The notes beneath the pieces are model-generated. The model saw nothing but the letters and a program-made list of their open reading frames with translations. It did no database searches and had not been told where the DNA came from. The position numbers and the translations under genes were made by a program. Shown here in pieces: positions 42,341 through 56,762 of a stretch of 64,000 nt of DNA (positions are counted from its first letter, which is position 1; each line of letters begins with the position of its first letter). The DNA is taken from positions 47,549 to 111,548 of the forward strand of contig JAICXJ010000003.1 of the NCBI GenBank assembly GCA_025980465.1, read 5' to 3'. Source of the stretch: Frankiales bacterium. GTDB taxonomy: Bacteria; Actinomycetota; Actinomycetes; JAFAQI01.

Positions 42341-44359
42341 CTACGCCGGCTCCTGCAGCGGGAAGTGACAGGCGGCGAGATGCGCCGGACCGAACGGGCG
42401 CAACGCCGGCACCTCATCGGCACATTTCTGCTGGGCGCGTGGGCAACGGGTGCGGAACCGGCAACCTGACGGCGGGTTGATCGAACTGGGCAACTCGCCG
42501 CGAACCGCGGCGATCTGCTTGCCGCGCTCCAGCGACGGGTCGGGGATCGGGATGGTGGCGACCAAACCGGCGGTGTAGGGATGAGCTGGTCGGTTGTAGA
42601 TGTCGTCACCGCTGCCGGATTCGACGAGCCGGCCGAGGTACATCACACCGATCCGGTCGGAGAGGTACTTCACGACCGCGAGGTCGTGGGAGATCACGAT
42701 GTAGGTCAGGTTGTGCTCAGCCTGCAGCCGCTTCATCAAGTTGAGGACCTGCGACCGGATCGACACGTCGAGTGCACTGACCGGCTCGTCCGCCACGATG
42801 ACGGCTGGGTTGAGGATCAACGCCCTGGCCAGCCCGATCCGCTGGCGCTGGCCGCCGGAGAACTCATGCGGAAAGCGATCGACCGAGTTCGGCGGAAGGC
42901 CCACCTCGTTGAGCAGCTCGGCGACCCGGGCGTTGCGGCTGCGACGATCGCCGATGCCCTGGACGACAAGCGGCTCAGACAGGATGTTGCCGACCCGCAT
43001 CCGCGGGTCGAGCGACGCGTACGGGTCCTGGAACATCATCTGCAGGTCGCGTCGGGTACGTCGTAACCTGCCACCGCGCAACGTCGCGATGTCGGTGTCC
43101 TTGAGCCGTAGCTTCCCGCCGTCCGGCTTCTCGAGAGCCACGATCATCCGGCCCAGCGTCGTCTTGCCGCACCCGGACTCCCCCACCAAGCCGTAGGTCT
43201 CGCCTTCCCGCACCACCAGCGAGACTCCGGAGACGGCCTTGACCGAGCCCGGACTGAGGAACGGAAGGAGCGGGTTTCCCACCGGGAACTCGCGGACCGC
43301 GTCGGTGATCTCGAGAAGCACGGGCCGCGAACCGTTCGCGGCGATCGCCTGACTCGGCAGCTCGGCCGGCGGCCGTTCCAGTGGCCCGTCGACGGGGTAC
43401 CAGCACGCCGCCAGGTGTCCCGGCGTGACTCCGGACAGCGGCGGCTCGTTGCTGCGGCAGTGGTCCGTCGCGAGCCGGCACCTCGGTGCGAAGCGACATC
43501 CCGGTGGCGGGTCGGCGAGGTCGGGCGGGATGCCCGGGATCGAGAACAGCCGGGTCGAGGTGTCCTGGTCGAGCTGTGGGATCGACGCGAGCAGCGCCTG
43601 GGTGTACGGGTGATGCATGTGCTCGAACAGTTCGCGGGTCCCGCTGGTCTCGACGATCTTGCCGGCGTACATGACGTTGATCCGGTCGGCTCGGCCAGCC
43701 ACCACGCCCATGTCGTGGGTGATCAGCATGACCGCCATTCCGAGCTCTGCCTTGAGTCGGTCGAGCAGTTCGAGGATCTGAGCCTGGATCGTCACATCGA
43801 GCGCGGTCGTCGGCTCGTCCGCGATGAGCACCTTCGGCTCGCAGGCGAGGGCCATCGCGATGAGCACCCGTTGCCGGAGGCCTCCGGAGAGCTGATGTGG
43901 GTAGTCGTCGAGACGTTCCGTCGGGCGTGGGATGCCGACCAGGTCGAGGACTTCCACGGCTCGCGCCATCGCCTGCGCCTTCGCCATGTGCCGGTGAAGC
44001 CGCAGCGGCTCGGCCACCTGCCGGCCGATCGTCATAGTCGGGTTCAGAGCCGTCAACGAGTCCTGGAAGACCATCGCGATGTCGTTGCCGCGGATCCTTC
44101 GCAGCTCGTCGTCGCCGAGCTCAATGAGGTTCCGGCCGGCAAAGTTGATCTCCCCACCCACGACGCGCCCGCCTGGCGGCAACAGCCGCATGATCGACAG
44201 CCCGGTCATCGATTTGCCGCATCCGGACTCGCCGACGACGCCTAGCGTCTCTCCGGGATTGAGATAGAGATCCACCCCATCGACGGCATGGACGACGGTC
44301 GACGTCAGCTCGATCTCGGTGCGCAGATTTCGAATCTCGAGAATCGGTTCGCCCGCCAC
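42341..44359 (-). CDS. ABC transporter ATP-binding protein with duplicated ATPase domains (DppD/DppF-like fusion)
   Basis: Two Walker A (GESGCGKS), two LSGGQ signatures, oligopeptide C-terminal extensions; 672 aa. Confidence 0.85.
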   Translation of the reverse strand: MAGEPILEIRNLRTEIELTSTVVHAVDGVDLYLNPGETLGVVGESGCGKSMTGLSIMRLLPPGGRVVGGEINFAGRNLIELGDDELRRIRGNDIAMVFQDSLTALNPTMTIGRQVAEPLRLHRHMAKAQAMARAVEVLDLVGIPRPTERLDDYPHQLSGGLRQRVLIAMALACEPKVLIADEPTTALDVTIQAQILELLDRLKAELGMAVMLITHDMGVVAGRADRINVMYAGKIVETSGTRELFEHMHHPYTQALLASIPQLDQDTSTRLFSIPGIPPDLADPPPGCRFAPRCRLATDHCRSNEPPLSGVTPGHLAACWYPVDGPLERPPAELPSQAIAANGSRPVLLEITDAVREFPVGNPLLPFLSPGSVKAVSGVSLVVREGETYGLVGESGCGKTTLGRMIVALEKPDGGKLRLKDTDIATLRGGRLRRTRRDLQMMFQDPYASLDPRMRVGNILSEPLVVQGIGDRRSRNARVAELLNEVGLPPNSVDRFPHEFSGGQRQRIGLARALILNPAVIVADEPVSALDVSIRSQVLNLMKRLQAEHNLTYIVISHDLAVVKYLSDRIGVMYLGRLVESGSGDDIYNRPAHPYTAGLVATIPIPDPSLERGKQIAAVRGELPSSINPPSGCRFRTRCPRAQQKCADEVPALRPFGPAHLAACHFPLQEPA

Positions 44360-44360
44360 G

Positions 44361-45308
44361 TCAGCGTCTCCGCAACCGAACGTCGAGTGCGTCGCGAAGT
44401 CCGTCGCCGATGAAGTTGAAGGCCAGCACCAGCAGGATCAGGCAGCCCCCCACCGGATAGATCTCCCACCAGTAGCCATTGAGCAGGTTCGTCACCCCGT
44501 CTGAGAGCTGGTCACCCCAGTCGACGTAGGGCGGGTTCAGACCGAACCCGAGGTAGCCGACCGTGGACAGGAACAGGACTGCGTCGGCGATCTGGAAGGT
44601 CACGTTGACGATCACCGTGCCGAGTGCATTCGGGATCAGGTGGCGCCACATCAGCCGCCACTGCGTGGCACCCATCGACCGGGATGCCTGCACGAAGTCG
44701 CGGGTGCGCAGCGACAGCACTTCGCCGCGCACCAGCCGGGCCGGCACGAACCAGGAGTTGATGCCGATGATCAGGACGAACGCGGTAATGGTCCCGTTGT
44801 AGCGAACCGCCAGCACCAAGATGATGAACAGCGTCGGGATCGCCAGGCCGACGTCGACGATTCGCATCAGGAGCGCGTCGACCAAGCCACCGGCCAGCCC
44901 GGCGATCGCGCCCACCAACGTTCCGATCACCGAGGCAAGCGCCGCGGCAGCAAAGCCGATCTCGAGTGCGGTCTGGCCGCCCTTCATGATCCGGCCGAGT
45001 TCGTCGAAGCCGTTCTGATCCAGCCCGAGCGGGTGGCCCTTCCCGGGCCCGAGGTTGGCGTCGGCGATGCTTCCCGTGAGCTGGTTCGAGTGGTACAGGT
45101 ACGGGCCGACGAACGAGAACAGAACGAAGAAGATGACCAGAATGACGCCGATGACCGCAAAGTAGTTCTCGCGGAACGTCTGCCAGGCCAGCCGCCAGGA
45201 ACTCCCCTGCTCGTAAACCTGACCGGCGTCATGCTCGGCGAGCAGCTCGGCCTCGGTCGCCAACGGGGCCGCAGCCTGCGTCGGGTCGACCGGTCCGATG
45301 CTCGTCAT
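44361..45308 (-). CDS. ABC transporter permease (DppC/OppC-like)
   Basis: BPD-transporter inner-membrane component; 315 aa. Confidence 0.85.
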   Translation of the reverse strand: MTSIGPVDPTQAAAPLATEAELLAEHDAGQVYEQGSSWRLAWQTFRENYFAVIGVILVIFFVLFSFVGPYLYHSNQLTGSIADANLGPGKGHPLGLDQNGFDELGRIMKGGQTALEIGFAAAALASVIGTLVGAIAGLAGGLVDALLMRIVDVGLAIPTLFIILVLAVRYNGTITAFVLIIGINSWFVPARLVRGEVLSLRTRDFVQASRSMGATQWRLMWRHLIPNALGTVIVNVTFQIADAVLFLSTVGYLGFGLNPPYVDWGDQLSDGVTNLLNGYWWEIYPVGGCLILLVLAFNFIGDGLRDALDVRLRRR

Positions 45309-45333
45309 CGCTCCATCCCCAGGTCGACGGAGT

Positions 45334-46281
45334 TCATATCAACCGGATCCGAGGATCGGCGAGGGTCAGCGCGATGTCGGCGACGAGGTTGCCGATCACG
45401 ACGAGGATCGCACCTACCAGCGTGTACGCAAGCAAGATCGGATAGTCCTCATTGCCGAGCGCGGTGAAGAACAGCAGGCCGAGGCCCTGGTAGTTGAACA
45501 CGGACTCCACGATCAGATTGCCGGCGAGCAGATCGGGAAGCGACAGCCCCACCAACGTGATGATGGGCAGGCTCGAGTTGCGGGTCAGATGGCGGAACAG
45601 CACCGACCGCTCCGACAGTCCCTTCGCTCGCGCCACCTTGATGTAGTCCTGTGCAAGATTGTCCAACGCCGAGGAACGCATGTAGCGGGAGAACGCCGCC
45701 ACCGAGACGATCACCAGTGCCGAGACCGGAAGAATCATCGATTTGGCGTCCCTGACGACGCCGAAGACCGAGGTCGCTTGACTGGCCTCGAACGGTAACC
45801 AGTTGAGCTTCAGCGAGAAGACGGCGATCAGGACGAGGCAGACGAAAAAGATCGGCCAGGAGTAGAGGAAGAAACTGACCCCGGTCGCGGTGTAGTCGAA
45901 GATCGAGTTCCGCTTGACCGCCTGAGCGATGCCCAGCGGCACTGCGATGAGCACCGCGATGACCAGCGCAACCCCGGATAGCAGCGCGCTACGCCCGGCG
46001 TTCTCCTTGAACAGCTGCCCGACCGACTGGTTCTGCTTGAGCGACTCGCCGAAGTTCAGATGAACGGTCTGGTTGATGTAGGTCAGGAACTGGTGCCACA
46101 GCGGCCGGTCGTAACCGTGAGTGTGGTTGAACGCGGCTACCGCCTGTGGCGTCGCCTTGAGTCCCAGCACAGCCCGCGCCGGAGAGGGATAGACGAGGTG
46201 CAGGGCGGCGAAGATCGCGAGCATCACACCGATGACGACGATGACGGCAGTCGCGGTCCGGCGCAGGATGTAGGTGATCAT
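45334..46281 (-). CDS. ABC transporter permease (DppB/OppB-like)
   Basis: MITYILRRTA N-terminus typical of DppB/OppB; 315 aa. Confidence 0.85.
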   Translation of the reverse strand: MITYILRRTATAVIVVIGVMLAIFAALHLVYPSPARAVLGLKATPQAVAAFNHTHGYDRPLWHQFLTYINQTVHLNFGESLKQNQSVGQLFKENAGRSALLSGVALVIAVLIAVPLGIAQAVKRNSIFDYTATGVSFFLYSWPIFFVCLVLIAVFSLKLNWLPFEASQATSVFGVVRDAKSMILPVSALVIVSVAAFSRYMRSSALDNLAQDYIKVARAKGLSERSVLFRHLTRNSSLPIITLVGLSLPDLLAGNLIVESVFNYQGLGLLFFTALGNEDYPILLAYTLVGAILVVIGNLVADIALTLADPRIRLI

Positions 46282-46341
46282 CCTGCGCCGGACCTAGCAA
46301 CTGGAAAGCCGCACATACCAGGCGTGCTGGGTGCCGGCCGG

Positions 46342-48249
46342 CTACTTGGTCAGCTGCCAGTACTCCGGTGTGAAGCCGAACTGCGACAAGCTGGCGAAGG
46401 AGTCCGGCGGCCCAGTGATGCCCTTCCACGCCGAGATCCGGTCCTCGTTCGGGGTGAAGATGGCCGGCAGGTTCTCGGTGATGTACGACGCCTCAGCCTT
46501 CAGCGCGTCCGGGTTCGAGCTGAACTTCGACGCATTGATCAGCTGATCGGCCTTCGGGTCGGTGTAGCCACCTTCGTTGAACGAACCCTTGATGTTGAAG
46601 ATCTCGTCGGTGGTCGGGTAGATGTCTTCGTTGAAGCCACCGAAGTTCTCGACCTGCCACTTGTTGTTGTTCTGCGGCGCCGACGGATCGTCGTAGTTCT
46701 GAATGATGAAGTTGAAGGTCTTGGCAACTGGCGTGATGTTGACGCCGATCTGCTTGGCCGCGCCCTGCAGGGCAATCGTCTCCTGGCCGGCGACCGGCGG
46801 GTCGTTGGTGTAGTAGACGGTGAAGTTCAGGTTCTGCCCCTTCGGGATACCCGCGCCGCACTGGTTAGGACCGGTGCCCGGGTTCTGGCAGGTAGTCGTG
46901 CCATTCGGAACGACGTTCCAACCGTGCGACTTCAGCAGGTTGGTCGCATCCGAGATGCTGTACGGGTAGGGATCCGTGCTGGCATTCGCGGGCACGTAGT
47001 TGGTCGCCGGAATAGCTGGGACCGGTCCGTAGGCCTCAGCTGCTGCACCGTGGTAGACGCCCTTGATGATCGCCTGCTGATCCTCGAGGTGAGCCAGCGC
47101 CTGCCGGACGTACAACTGGCTGATGATGTTGTTCCAGTGGTTGGTCTTGTCCTTGAAGTTGAACACGATGTAGGAGAAGCCAAGGTCCGGGTAGCCGTAC
47201 ACGTTGTAGCCGGTACGACGCAGCAGCGGGACCTGGGGGATGTCAGCCGACGGCACGCCACCGACGTTGATCTTGCCGGCGCGCAGCGCGTTGAACTCCG
47301 CTGTCGAAGACGTGAAGTAGACCGCCTTGAGCTCGGCGAACTTCGGCTTGACCGGCCCGCCGTACGTCGGGTTGGGCACCATCGTGTTGGCATCGGTCGT
47401 CGGGTTGAACGAGGTCAGCTTGAACGGGCCATCGACGACCTTCCACAGCGGGTTGGATGCGTACGTGCCGACCTTCTTGGCCTCACTGTTGAGGAAGTCA
47501 TAGATCTTCTTCGCGTTCGCAGCGTTGGATGGATCGAGGTGAGGCCCGCCCGTCGACGCGATGTTCCAGTCCTGCGATGGCATCGGCTGGATGACGACGA
47601 GCTGGGTGTCGGTGTACCAGTTCGGGTTGTAAGCGCGGTCGAGGTTGAGGACCAGGGTCGCCGGGTCCGGCGTCTTCATGCTGACCACGTTGTCCGGGAA
47701 GGCGCCGGGCGTGTAGTTACCGAAGTTGGCGTTGTTCTCCTTGACTGCCGCCCGAAGGATGTCGATGAAGAACTCGACGTCCTGGGCCGTCACCGGCTTG
47801 CCATCCGACCACTTGTACTGCGAGTTCATGTGGATCGTGAGCGTCTTGTTGCCGTTGCTGTAGACTGGGAGCTTCGCCAGGGAGAGGGCCTGGTTGATGA
47901 TCGGCCGGTTGCCCTGCGGCGTCCAGTACAGCGGCCGGTAGAGCAGGTACTGGAACTCAGCGTTGTAGACCGAGGTGTCCGCACCCGGCGTGACCGGCAT
48001 GATGTATTGCGGCTGCGAGCCGTTCTCGATGTCGTAGGTGACCGTCCCACCCGTGATCACATTGCTCGACTCCGCAGGCAGCGTGCCGTACTGGCCTTCC
48101 GTCGTACTGGTACTGCCGGCGCCGTTCGGCGCCTGCTTGCCGCCACCCCCGCTCGACCCGCTTGACCCGCACGCGGCGAGCAGGATCGCCCCCGCAGCAG
48201 CGAGAGCGACGAATGAGAAGCGGCTACGACGGAAAACCAGTGGCGTCAT
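46342..48249 (-). CDS. ABC transporter substrate-binding lipoprotein (family 5, peptide/nickel)
   Basis: LAACGSSGSSGGGG lipobox signal; 635-aa SBP_bac_5-like. Confidence 0.85.
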   Translation of the reverse strand: MTPLVFRRSRFSFVALAAAGAILLAACGSSGSSGGGGKQAPNGAGSTSTTEGQYGTLPAESSNVITGGTVTYDIENGSQPQYIMPVTPGADTSVYNAEFQYLLYRPLYWTPQGNRPIINQALSLAKLPVYSNGNKTLTIHMNSQYKWSDGKPVTAQDVEFFIDILRAAVKENNANFGNYTPGAFPDNVVSMKTPDPATLVLNLDRAYNPNWYTDTQLVVIQPMPSQDWNIASTGGPHLDPSNAANAKKIYDFLNSEAKKVGTYASNPLWKVVDGPFKLTSFNPTTDANTMVPNPTYGGPVKPKFAELKAVYFTSSTAEFNALRAGKINVGGVPSADIPQVPLLRRTGYNVYGYPDLGFSYIVFNFKDKTNHWNNIISQLYVRQALAHLEDQQAIIKGVYHGAAAEAYGPVPAIPATNYVPANASTDPYPYSISDATNLLKSHGWNVVPNGTTTCQNPGTGPNQCGAGIPKGQNLNFTVYYTNDPPVAGQETIALQGAAKQIGVNITPVAKTFNFIIQNYDDPSAPQNNNKWQVENFGGFNEDIYPTTDEIFNIKGSFNEGGYTDPKADQLINASKFSSNPDALKAEASYITENLPAIFTPNEDRISAWKGITGPPDSFASLSQFGFTPEYWQLTK

Positions 48250-48376
48250 GGCTCACGAACTCCGTAATGTCCTCGTGGACACTTGTGCGGCGCTACCGCC
48301 CAGTGGCGGAAGTGGTGAGATTCTTACCCCGCGCAACCGGAATCGACAACAACCCCCCGCGAATTCCGGCGTGCCG

Positions 48377-49849
48377 CTACAAATTCGTTACCTGTTCGAG
48401 GAGCCGATCGCTTCCGGTCGCACGCTCCAACGCCGCGCCAACCCGGTACAGCCGATCATCGGCGAGGACCGGCGCCATCACCTGAAATCCGACCGGCAAC
48501 CCATCGTCGGACAGCCCGCAGGGCACCGACATCGCCGGTCCGCCGTAGAGGTTCGACGGAATCGTGCACAGGTCGGCCAGGTACATCGCCAGCGGGTCGT
48601 CGACGCGCTCACCCAGCTTGAATGCGGTCGTCGGAGTCGTCGGCGAGACCAGGACGTCGACGGTGGTGAACGCGTTCTCGAAATCGCGCGTGATGAGGGT
48701 GCGGACTTTCTGCGCCTGCCCGTAGTAGGCGTCGTAGTAGCCCGCTGACAACGCGTACGTGCCGAGCATGATCCGGCGCTTGACTTCAGCGCCGAAGCCG
48801 GCCGCACGTGTCGCAGCCATGACCTCCTCCGCCGACGCATCGCCGTCGTCGCCCACTCGCAAGCCGTACCGCATCGCGTCGTAACGCGCGAGGTTGCTCG
48901 AGGCCTCACTCGGCGCGATCAGGTAGTACGCGGCCAGCGCGTAGTCGAAGTGCGGGCACGACACCTCGACCACGTCGGCGCCGAGGCCGGCGAGGGTCGC
49001 AACCGCCTCCTCGAACCGCACCGTCACGCCGTCCTGATAGCCCTCGCCGGCGAACTCCTTCACCACGCCGACACGCATGCCCGAGACGTCGCCGTCGCGG
49101 GCGGCATCCACGACGGGCGGTACGTCGGCGTCGATCGAGGTGGAGTCACGCGGATCGTGGCCCGCGATCACCGCGTGCAGCAACGCCGCATCCAGCACCG
49201 TGCGGGCGCAGGGACCGGCCTGGTCGAGCGAGGAGCTGAACGCGATCAGGCCATACCTTGAGACCCCGCCGTAGGTCGGCTTCGTGCCCACGGTTCCGGT
49301 GACCGCCGCCGGCTGGCGGATCGAGCCGCCGGTGTCCGTGCCGATGCCGAGCGGGGCCAGGAATCCCGCCACCGCCGCGCTCGAGCCTCCACCGGAGCCG
49401 CCGGGGGTTCGCTCGAGATCCCACGGATTGTGGGCCGCACCATATGCCGAGTGCTCGGTCGAGCTGCCCATCGCGAACTCGTCCATGTTGGTCTTGCCGA
49501 GCACCACGATCCCGGCATCTCGCATCCGCTCGACGATCGTCGCGTCGTATGGCGGGATCCAGCCTTCGAGAATCTTCGAGCCAGCAGTCGTCGGGACATT
49601 GCGGGTGACGATGACGTCCTTCAGTGCGAGCGGGACGCCTGCCAGCGGCCCTTCAACCTCGCCGGCATCGACCCGCTTCGCCTGGGTCAGGGCGCCGTCG
49701 GTGTCGATGTGAAGGAACGCGTTGAGCGTGCCGTTGACCTCGGCGATCCGATCGAGGTGTGCCTGCGCGACCTCGACCGCCGTGACCTCCCGCGCCGCGA
49801 TCTTGGCAGCGGTTTCCACCGCCGTCAGCCTCGTGAGCTCCGGTGTCAT
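48377..49849 (-). CDS. gatA: Glu-tRNA(Gln) amidotransferase subunit A
   Basis: Amidase signature (GGSSGGSAAAVA); 490 aa. Confidence 0.9.
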   Translation of the reverse strand: MTPELTRLTAVETAAKIAAREVTAVEVAQAHLDRIAEVNGTLNAFLHIDTDGALTQAKRVDAGEVEGPLAGVPLALKDVIVTRNVPTTAGSKILEGWIPPYDATIVERMRDAGIVVLGKTNMDEFAMGSSTEHSAYGAAHNPWDLERTPGGSGGGSSAAVAGFLAPLGIGTDTGGSIRQPAAVTGTVGTKPTYGGVSRYGLIAFSSSLDQAGPCARTVLDAALLHAVIAGHDPRDSTSIDADVPPVVDAARDGDVSGMRVGVVKEFAGEGYQDGVTVRFEEAVATLAGLGADVVEVSCPHFDYALAAYYLIAPSEASSNLARYDAMRYGLRVGDDGDASAEEVMAATRAAGFGAEVKRRIMLGTYALSAGYYDAYYGQAQKVRTLITRDFENAFTTVDVLVSPTTPTTAFKLGERVDDPLAMYLADLCTIPSNLYGGPAMSVPCGLSDDGLPVGFQVMAPVLADDRLYRVGAALERATGSDRLLEQVTNL

Positions 49850-50142
49850 TCGTCGTCCAGGATGCGGGGGACCCGGAACCGGTCTTGCTCGGCGGCGGGC
49901 GCCGCGGCGAGGGCTTCTTCGGCACTCAGACCGGCCGCCGCAGTGTCGGGCCGAAAAACGTTCGTCAGAGGCACGGCGTGAGATGTCGGCGGAATGTCTG
50001 CGGCGGCGACCTGTTGCACCCGGCCGACCGCGCTCAGGATCACGTCGAGCTGGCCCGCCATGGCATCGAGCTCCGAGTCGGACATCGAGATCCTGGCCAG
50101 AGCGGCAAGGTGCGCCACTTCAGCGCGGTTGATTCCGGGCAC
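49846..50142 (-). CDS. gatC: Glu-tRNA(Gln) amidotransferase subunit C
   Basis: 98 aa, upstream of and overlapping gatA, GatC-like. Confidence 0.85.
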   Translation of the reverse strand: MPGINRAEVAHLAALARISMSDSELDAMAGQLDVILSAVGRVQQVAAADIPPTSHAVPLTNVFRPDTAAAGLSAEEALAAAPAAEQDRFRVPRILDDE

Positions 50143-50185
50143 GCGGCGAGTCTAGGAGACGATCTCGGCGCACCCCGAACGGTAA

Positions 50186-52276
50186 TCAGGCGAGCATGCC
50201 GTGGCCGCCGATGTCGGCGGAAGAGTCGGAAGTGGCGGCAGCCGCAGCCGCCTGGTGGTGCTGGAAGTCGGTCAGCCAATCGGTGAACGGACCCGCCGGC
50301 ATCGCCTTCGCCAGGTACCAGCCCTGTGCGACGTCGCACCCGTAGACGGCAAGCCGGTCCCAGGCCTCGCGGGTCTCCACACCCTCGGCGACGGTGCGCA
50401 GACCGAGCGCGCCGGCGAGGTCGATGATCGACCGAACGATCGCAGCGTCGTCGTCGTTGACGTCCATCCGCATCACGAACGACCTGTCGATCTTGACCTC
50501 GGTGACGGGCAACCGCTTGAGGTGCACGAGTGAGGAATATCCGGTGCCGAAGTCGTCGAGGGAGACACCGACCCCCAATCCCGCGAGCGACAGCAACGTG
50601 GCGGCGGCACGGGCCGGGTCAGCCATGAGCACGCTTTCAGTGACCTCGATGAGCAGCGCCCGAGGCGGGACGTCATGCGCCTCGATGCTCTCGCGCAGCA
50701 TCTGTGCGAAGCCGCGGTCGTAGAGGTCGCGCGCGCTGACGTTGACGGCGGCGTGGATGCGCCGACCCTCGTGCCACCAGATCGACAGTTGGCGCAGCGC
50801 CTCATCCAGCACGAACTTGGTGACCAGGCGCATCAGCCCGGTCTGCTCCGCAAGTGGCAGGAAGTCCTCCGGCGGAATCGAACCCCGCTGCGGGTGCTGC
50901 CACCGCAGCAACGTCTCGACGCCGACCACGTCGCCGGTCCGAAGGTCCGCTTTCGGCTGGTAATGCAACTCCAGGCCGCCGCACTCGAGCGCCTCGCGGA
51001 GCTCGGCGAGAATGCCGAGCCGGACCTTGGAATGGCGATCGATGTCGGGTGAATACACCTGTACGCCGACACCGCGCTCCTTCGCGACGTACATCGCGAT
51101 GTCCGCGCGCTGCAGCAGCGTCTCGAAGTCATTGCCGTGCTGCGGATGCAGCGCAATGCCGATCGATCCCTCGATCTCATGGGCGAACCCATCGTGACGG
51201 AACGGCTCGAGCAGCGCGGCCCGAACCCGCTCCGCCATGTCGAGCGCGATCTGCGGCTCGTCGAGGTTGCGGATCAGGATCGCGTACTCGTCGCCGCCCA
51301 GCCGCGCGATCACATCTCCCGACCGGAGGGTTTCGGTCAGCCGTTTGCCGACCATGTCGAGCAGCAGGTCACCCACACCGTGACCGAGGGTGTCGTTGAT
51401 CTCCTTGAAGCGGTCGAGGTCGATCAAGAACAACGCCAGGTGGGTGCCGTTCTGCGATGCGTCGACGATGGCGTCGGCGACTTCGGTGGCGAGCAGGTGC
51501 CGGTTGCCGAGCCCGGTGAGCGGGTCACGCGAGCTCTGCCGCTCCCGCTCCCGGGTCATCGCCGCCGTGGCATAGACCGCGCCGAGCGGGAACAGCAGCA
51601 GCGGGACGAGGGCCGGTCCCCGCTCGATGACGACGACCACGATCGGTGACATGCCCAGCAGGGCGGCACTTGAGAAGGCCTGGAACGCGAAGTCACCGAA
51701 GAACTCCGACCGCAGCGAGGTACGGCCGCGCAGGGCCAGCGCCATCGAGACGAACGCGTCGTTGACGACGAAGTAGACCAGCGCCGCGACCCCGACAGCT
51801 GCCAGCCCGCGGCCGTTCACGGTCAACGGATGGGTGAGCGAGGCGTGCCGGCCGAACAGGACGAGGACGAGCGCTGCCGCGGAGTACGAGATCGCGAACT
51901 GGCCGACATTGAACGCGGTCCGCCAGGCCGCCCGGCGGTGGGCGAATGCGGCCGCGATCGTCGCGCCGGTCTGCATCAGGAGGGCGATGGGCAGCCCGAT
52001 GTGCAACAGCAGCGCGAAGGTGAACGTCGTGGAGGTGGTCACCCCGGTGACGTCGAGGGTGCCGGCGATGACCAGTGGGCGGACCTCGCCGATGACCAGC
52101 ATCAGCGCAATGACGAACAGCGACCAGCCCAGCGGGGACACCTCGCTGCTGTGGATCGTCTGCAGCTGCCAGGCGAGGACGCCAAGGCCCACCGCTGTGA
52201 CCGCGGCGATATAGCCCCAGAAGGCCCGGGCACCTGCCGGCGGGGCGACGTTGCGCGCCTCTTCGTGCGCGGACAT
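50186..52276 (-). CDS. membrane-anchored GGDEF-EAL protein (diguanylate cyclase/phosphodiesterase)
   Basis: N-terminal multi-TM sensor, GGDEY-like RLGGDEYAIL, EAL domain (ELHYQPK, DDFGTGYSSL). Confidence 0.85.
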   Translation of the reverse strand: MSAHEEARNVAPPAGARAFWGYIAAVTAVGLGVLAWQLQTIHSSEVSPLGWSLFVIALMLVIGEVRPLVIAGTLDVTGVTTSTTFTFALLLHIGLPIALLMQTGATIAAAFAHRRAAWRTAFNVGQFAISYSAAALVLVLFGRHASLTHPLTVNGRGLAAVGVAALVYFVVNDAFVSMALALRGRTSLRSEFFGDFAFQAFSSAALLGMSPIVVVVIERGPALVPLLLFPLGAVYATAAMTRERERQSSRDPLTGLGNRHLLATEVADAIVDASQNGTHLALFLIDLDRFKEINDTLGHGVGDLLLDMVGKRLTETLRSGDVIARLGGDEYAILIRNLDEPQIALDMAERVRAALLEPFRHDGFAHEIEGSIGIALHPQHGNDFETLLQRADIAMYVAKERGVGVQVYSPDIDRHSKVRLGILAELREALECGGLELHYQPKADLRTGDVVGVETLLRWQHPQRGSIPPEDFLPLAEQTGLMRLVTKFVLDEALRQLSIWWHEGRRIHAAVNVSARDLYDRGFAQMLRESIEAHDVPPRALLIEVTESVLMADPARAAATLLSLAGLGVGVSLDDFGTGYSSLVHLKRLPVTEVKIDRSFVMRMDVNDDDAAIVRSIIDLAGALGLRTVAEGVETREAWDRLAVYGCDVAQGWYLAKAMPAGPFTDWLTDFQHHQAAAAAATSDSSADIGGHGMLA

Positions 52277-52374
52277 TGCACCCCTTCGTAGGCTTCCCGG
52301 GCAGGCTGGCGCCTAGGAGAGAAATCGGCATATGGGTGCTCTCCTTGAGCGAGCCGAGGGTCTCAGGCGCGACC

Positions 52375-55469
<3,095 letters not shown>

Positions 55470-55521
55470 GATGGGGACACTAGTAGGACCGTACGACGTC
55501 AGATCTCACCCCGGAGCCTGC

Positions 55522-56748
55522 GTGCACCGTCGCTCAGCAGCCCTGCTGACTGCGCTGTTCGCACTCTCGACAGTCCTCACCGCGTGCGGCTCGGGCAGCG
55601 ACATCGCGAGCCGACCAGGGATCAGTCACCTCATACCGCCGGCCGCGCCCAGCCAGCAGCAGGCTCGCTCGACACTCAGCTACCGCACCATCAAGCACGT
55701 GTTCGTCATCGTGCTGGAGAACGAGTCGTACTCGAACACCTACCGGCACAATCCGCACCACTATCTCGGTCACCGGCTGCAGCAGCAGGGGACGCTCCTG
55801 ACGCGGTACTACGGGGTCGGCCATCATTCACTCGACAACTACATCGCGATGGTGTCGGGGCAAGCGCCCAACCCACAGACGTCCGCCGACTGCATCCGGT
55901 ACACGAACTTCAACCACACCGCTGCCGAGGCAACGCTCACCCACGCCGGCCAGGCGAAAGGCACCGGCTGCGTCTATCCCAAGAACGTCAAGACGCTTGC
56001 CGATCAGCTCTCGGCCAGACACATCGCCTGGCACGGGTTCATGCAGAGCATGGGTCACTCCCCGAGCCGCGAGCACGCCAGGTGTGGCGTCCCGAGCACC
56101 AACGCGTTGGGGATCGACGAGACCCAGGCCGCCTCCGCGGCCGACCAATACGCCGCGCGCCACAACCCGTTCGTCTACTTCCACTCCCTGATCGACTCCG
56201 GTCGGTGCCGCAAGCACGTCCTCCCGCTGACCGCGCTACCTGCCGCTCTGAAGGACGGCAGCAACGCCCGGAGCTTCTCCTTCATCACGCCCGACCTCTG
56301 CGACGACGGTCACGACTCGCCGTGCGCCGGCGCGGATGCGAAAGGATCGAAGGCGGGCGGCCTGACCTCGGTCGACCACTTCTTGTCGGTCTGGGTTCCG
56401 ACGATCAAGGCGTCGGCGGCGTACCGGAACGGCGGGTTGATCATCATCACGTCCGACGAGTCCGACACCACCGACGCGTCGAGTTGTTGCCACGAGAAGC
56501 CAGGGCCCGACGAGGCTCAACCTGGCAATCCCGGTCCCGGCGGTGGACGGGTCGGCGCCCTCGTGATCGGCACCTGTATCCGGGCCGGCGCGACCGACTC
56601 GAGGCGCTACAACCACTACTCGTTGCTGCGCAGCCTCGAGAACCTGTTCGGGATCACCACCGGCGGGACCGACGGTTTCGGCCATCTCGGATACGCCGCG
56701 GCGCCCGGCCTGCGGCCGTTCGGTCGCGACCTGTTCGCGAGGTGTTGA
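55522..56748 (+). CDS. phosphoesterase family protein (phospholipase C/acid phosphatase AcpA-like), Tat/lipoprotein signal
   Basis: HVFVIVLENESYSNTY motif; VHRRSAALLTALFALSTVLTACG signal with RR and lipobox. Start moved to GTG 55522 to avoid overlap with the divergent gene. Confidence 0.7.
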   Translation: MHRRSAALLTALFALSTVLTACGSGSDIASRPGISHLIPPAAPSQQQARSTLSYRTIKHVFVIVLENESYSNTYRHNPHHYLGHRLQQQGTLLTRYYGVGHHSLDNYIAMVSGQAPNPQTSADCIRYTNFNHTAAEATLTHAGQAKGTGCVYPKNVKTLADQLSARHIAWHGFMQSMGHSPSREHARCGVPSTNALGIDETQAASAADQYAARHNPFVYFHSLIDSGRCRKHVLPLTALPAALKDGSNARSFSFITPDLCDDGHDSPCAGADAKGSKAGGLTSVDHFLSVWVPTIKASAAYRNGGLIIITSDESDTTDASSCCHEKPGPDEAQPGNPGPGGGRVGALVIGTCIRAGATDSRRYNHYSLLRSLENLFGITTGGTDGFGHLGYAAAPGLRPFGRDLFARC

Positions 56749-56762
56749 CCGCAGCGACTGCC

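Noticed and set aside
46060-48165. 701-aa plus-strand ORF
   Set aside because: Antisense to the substrate-binding-protein gene. Arg/Val/Asp-rich low-complexity translation typical of a GC shadow ORF.
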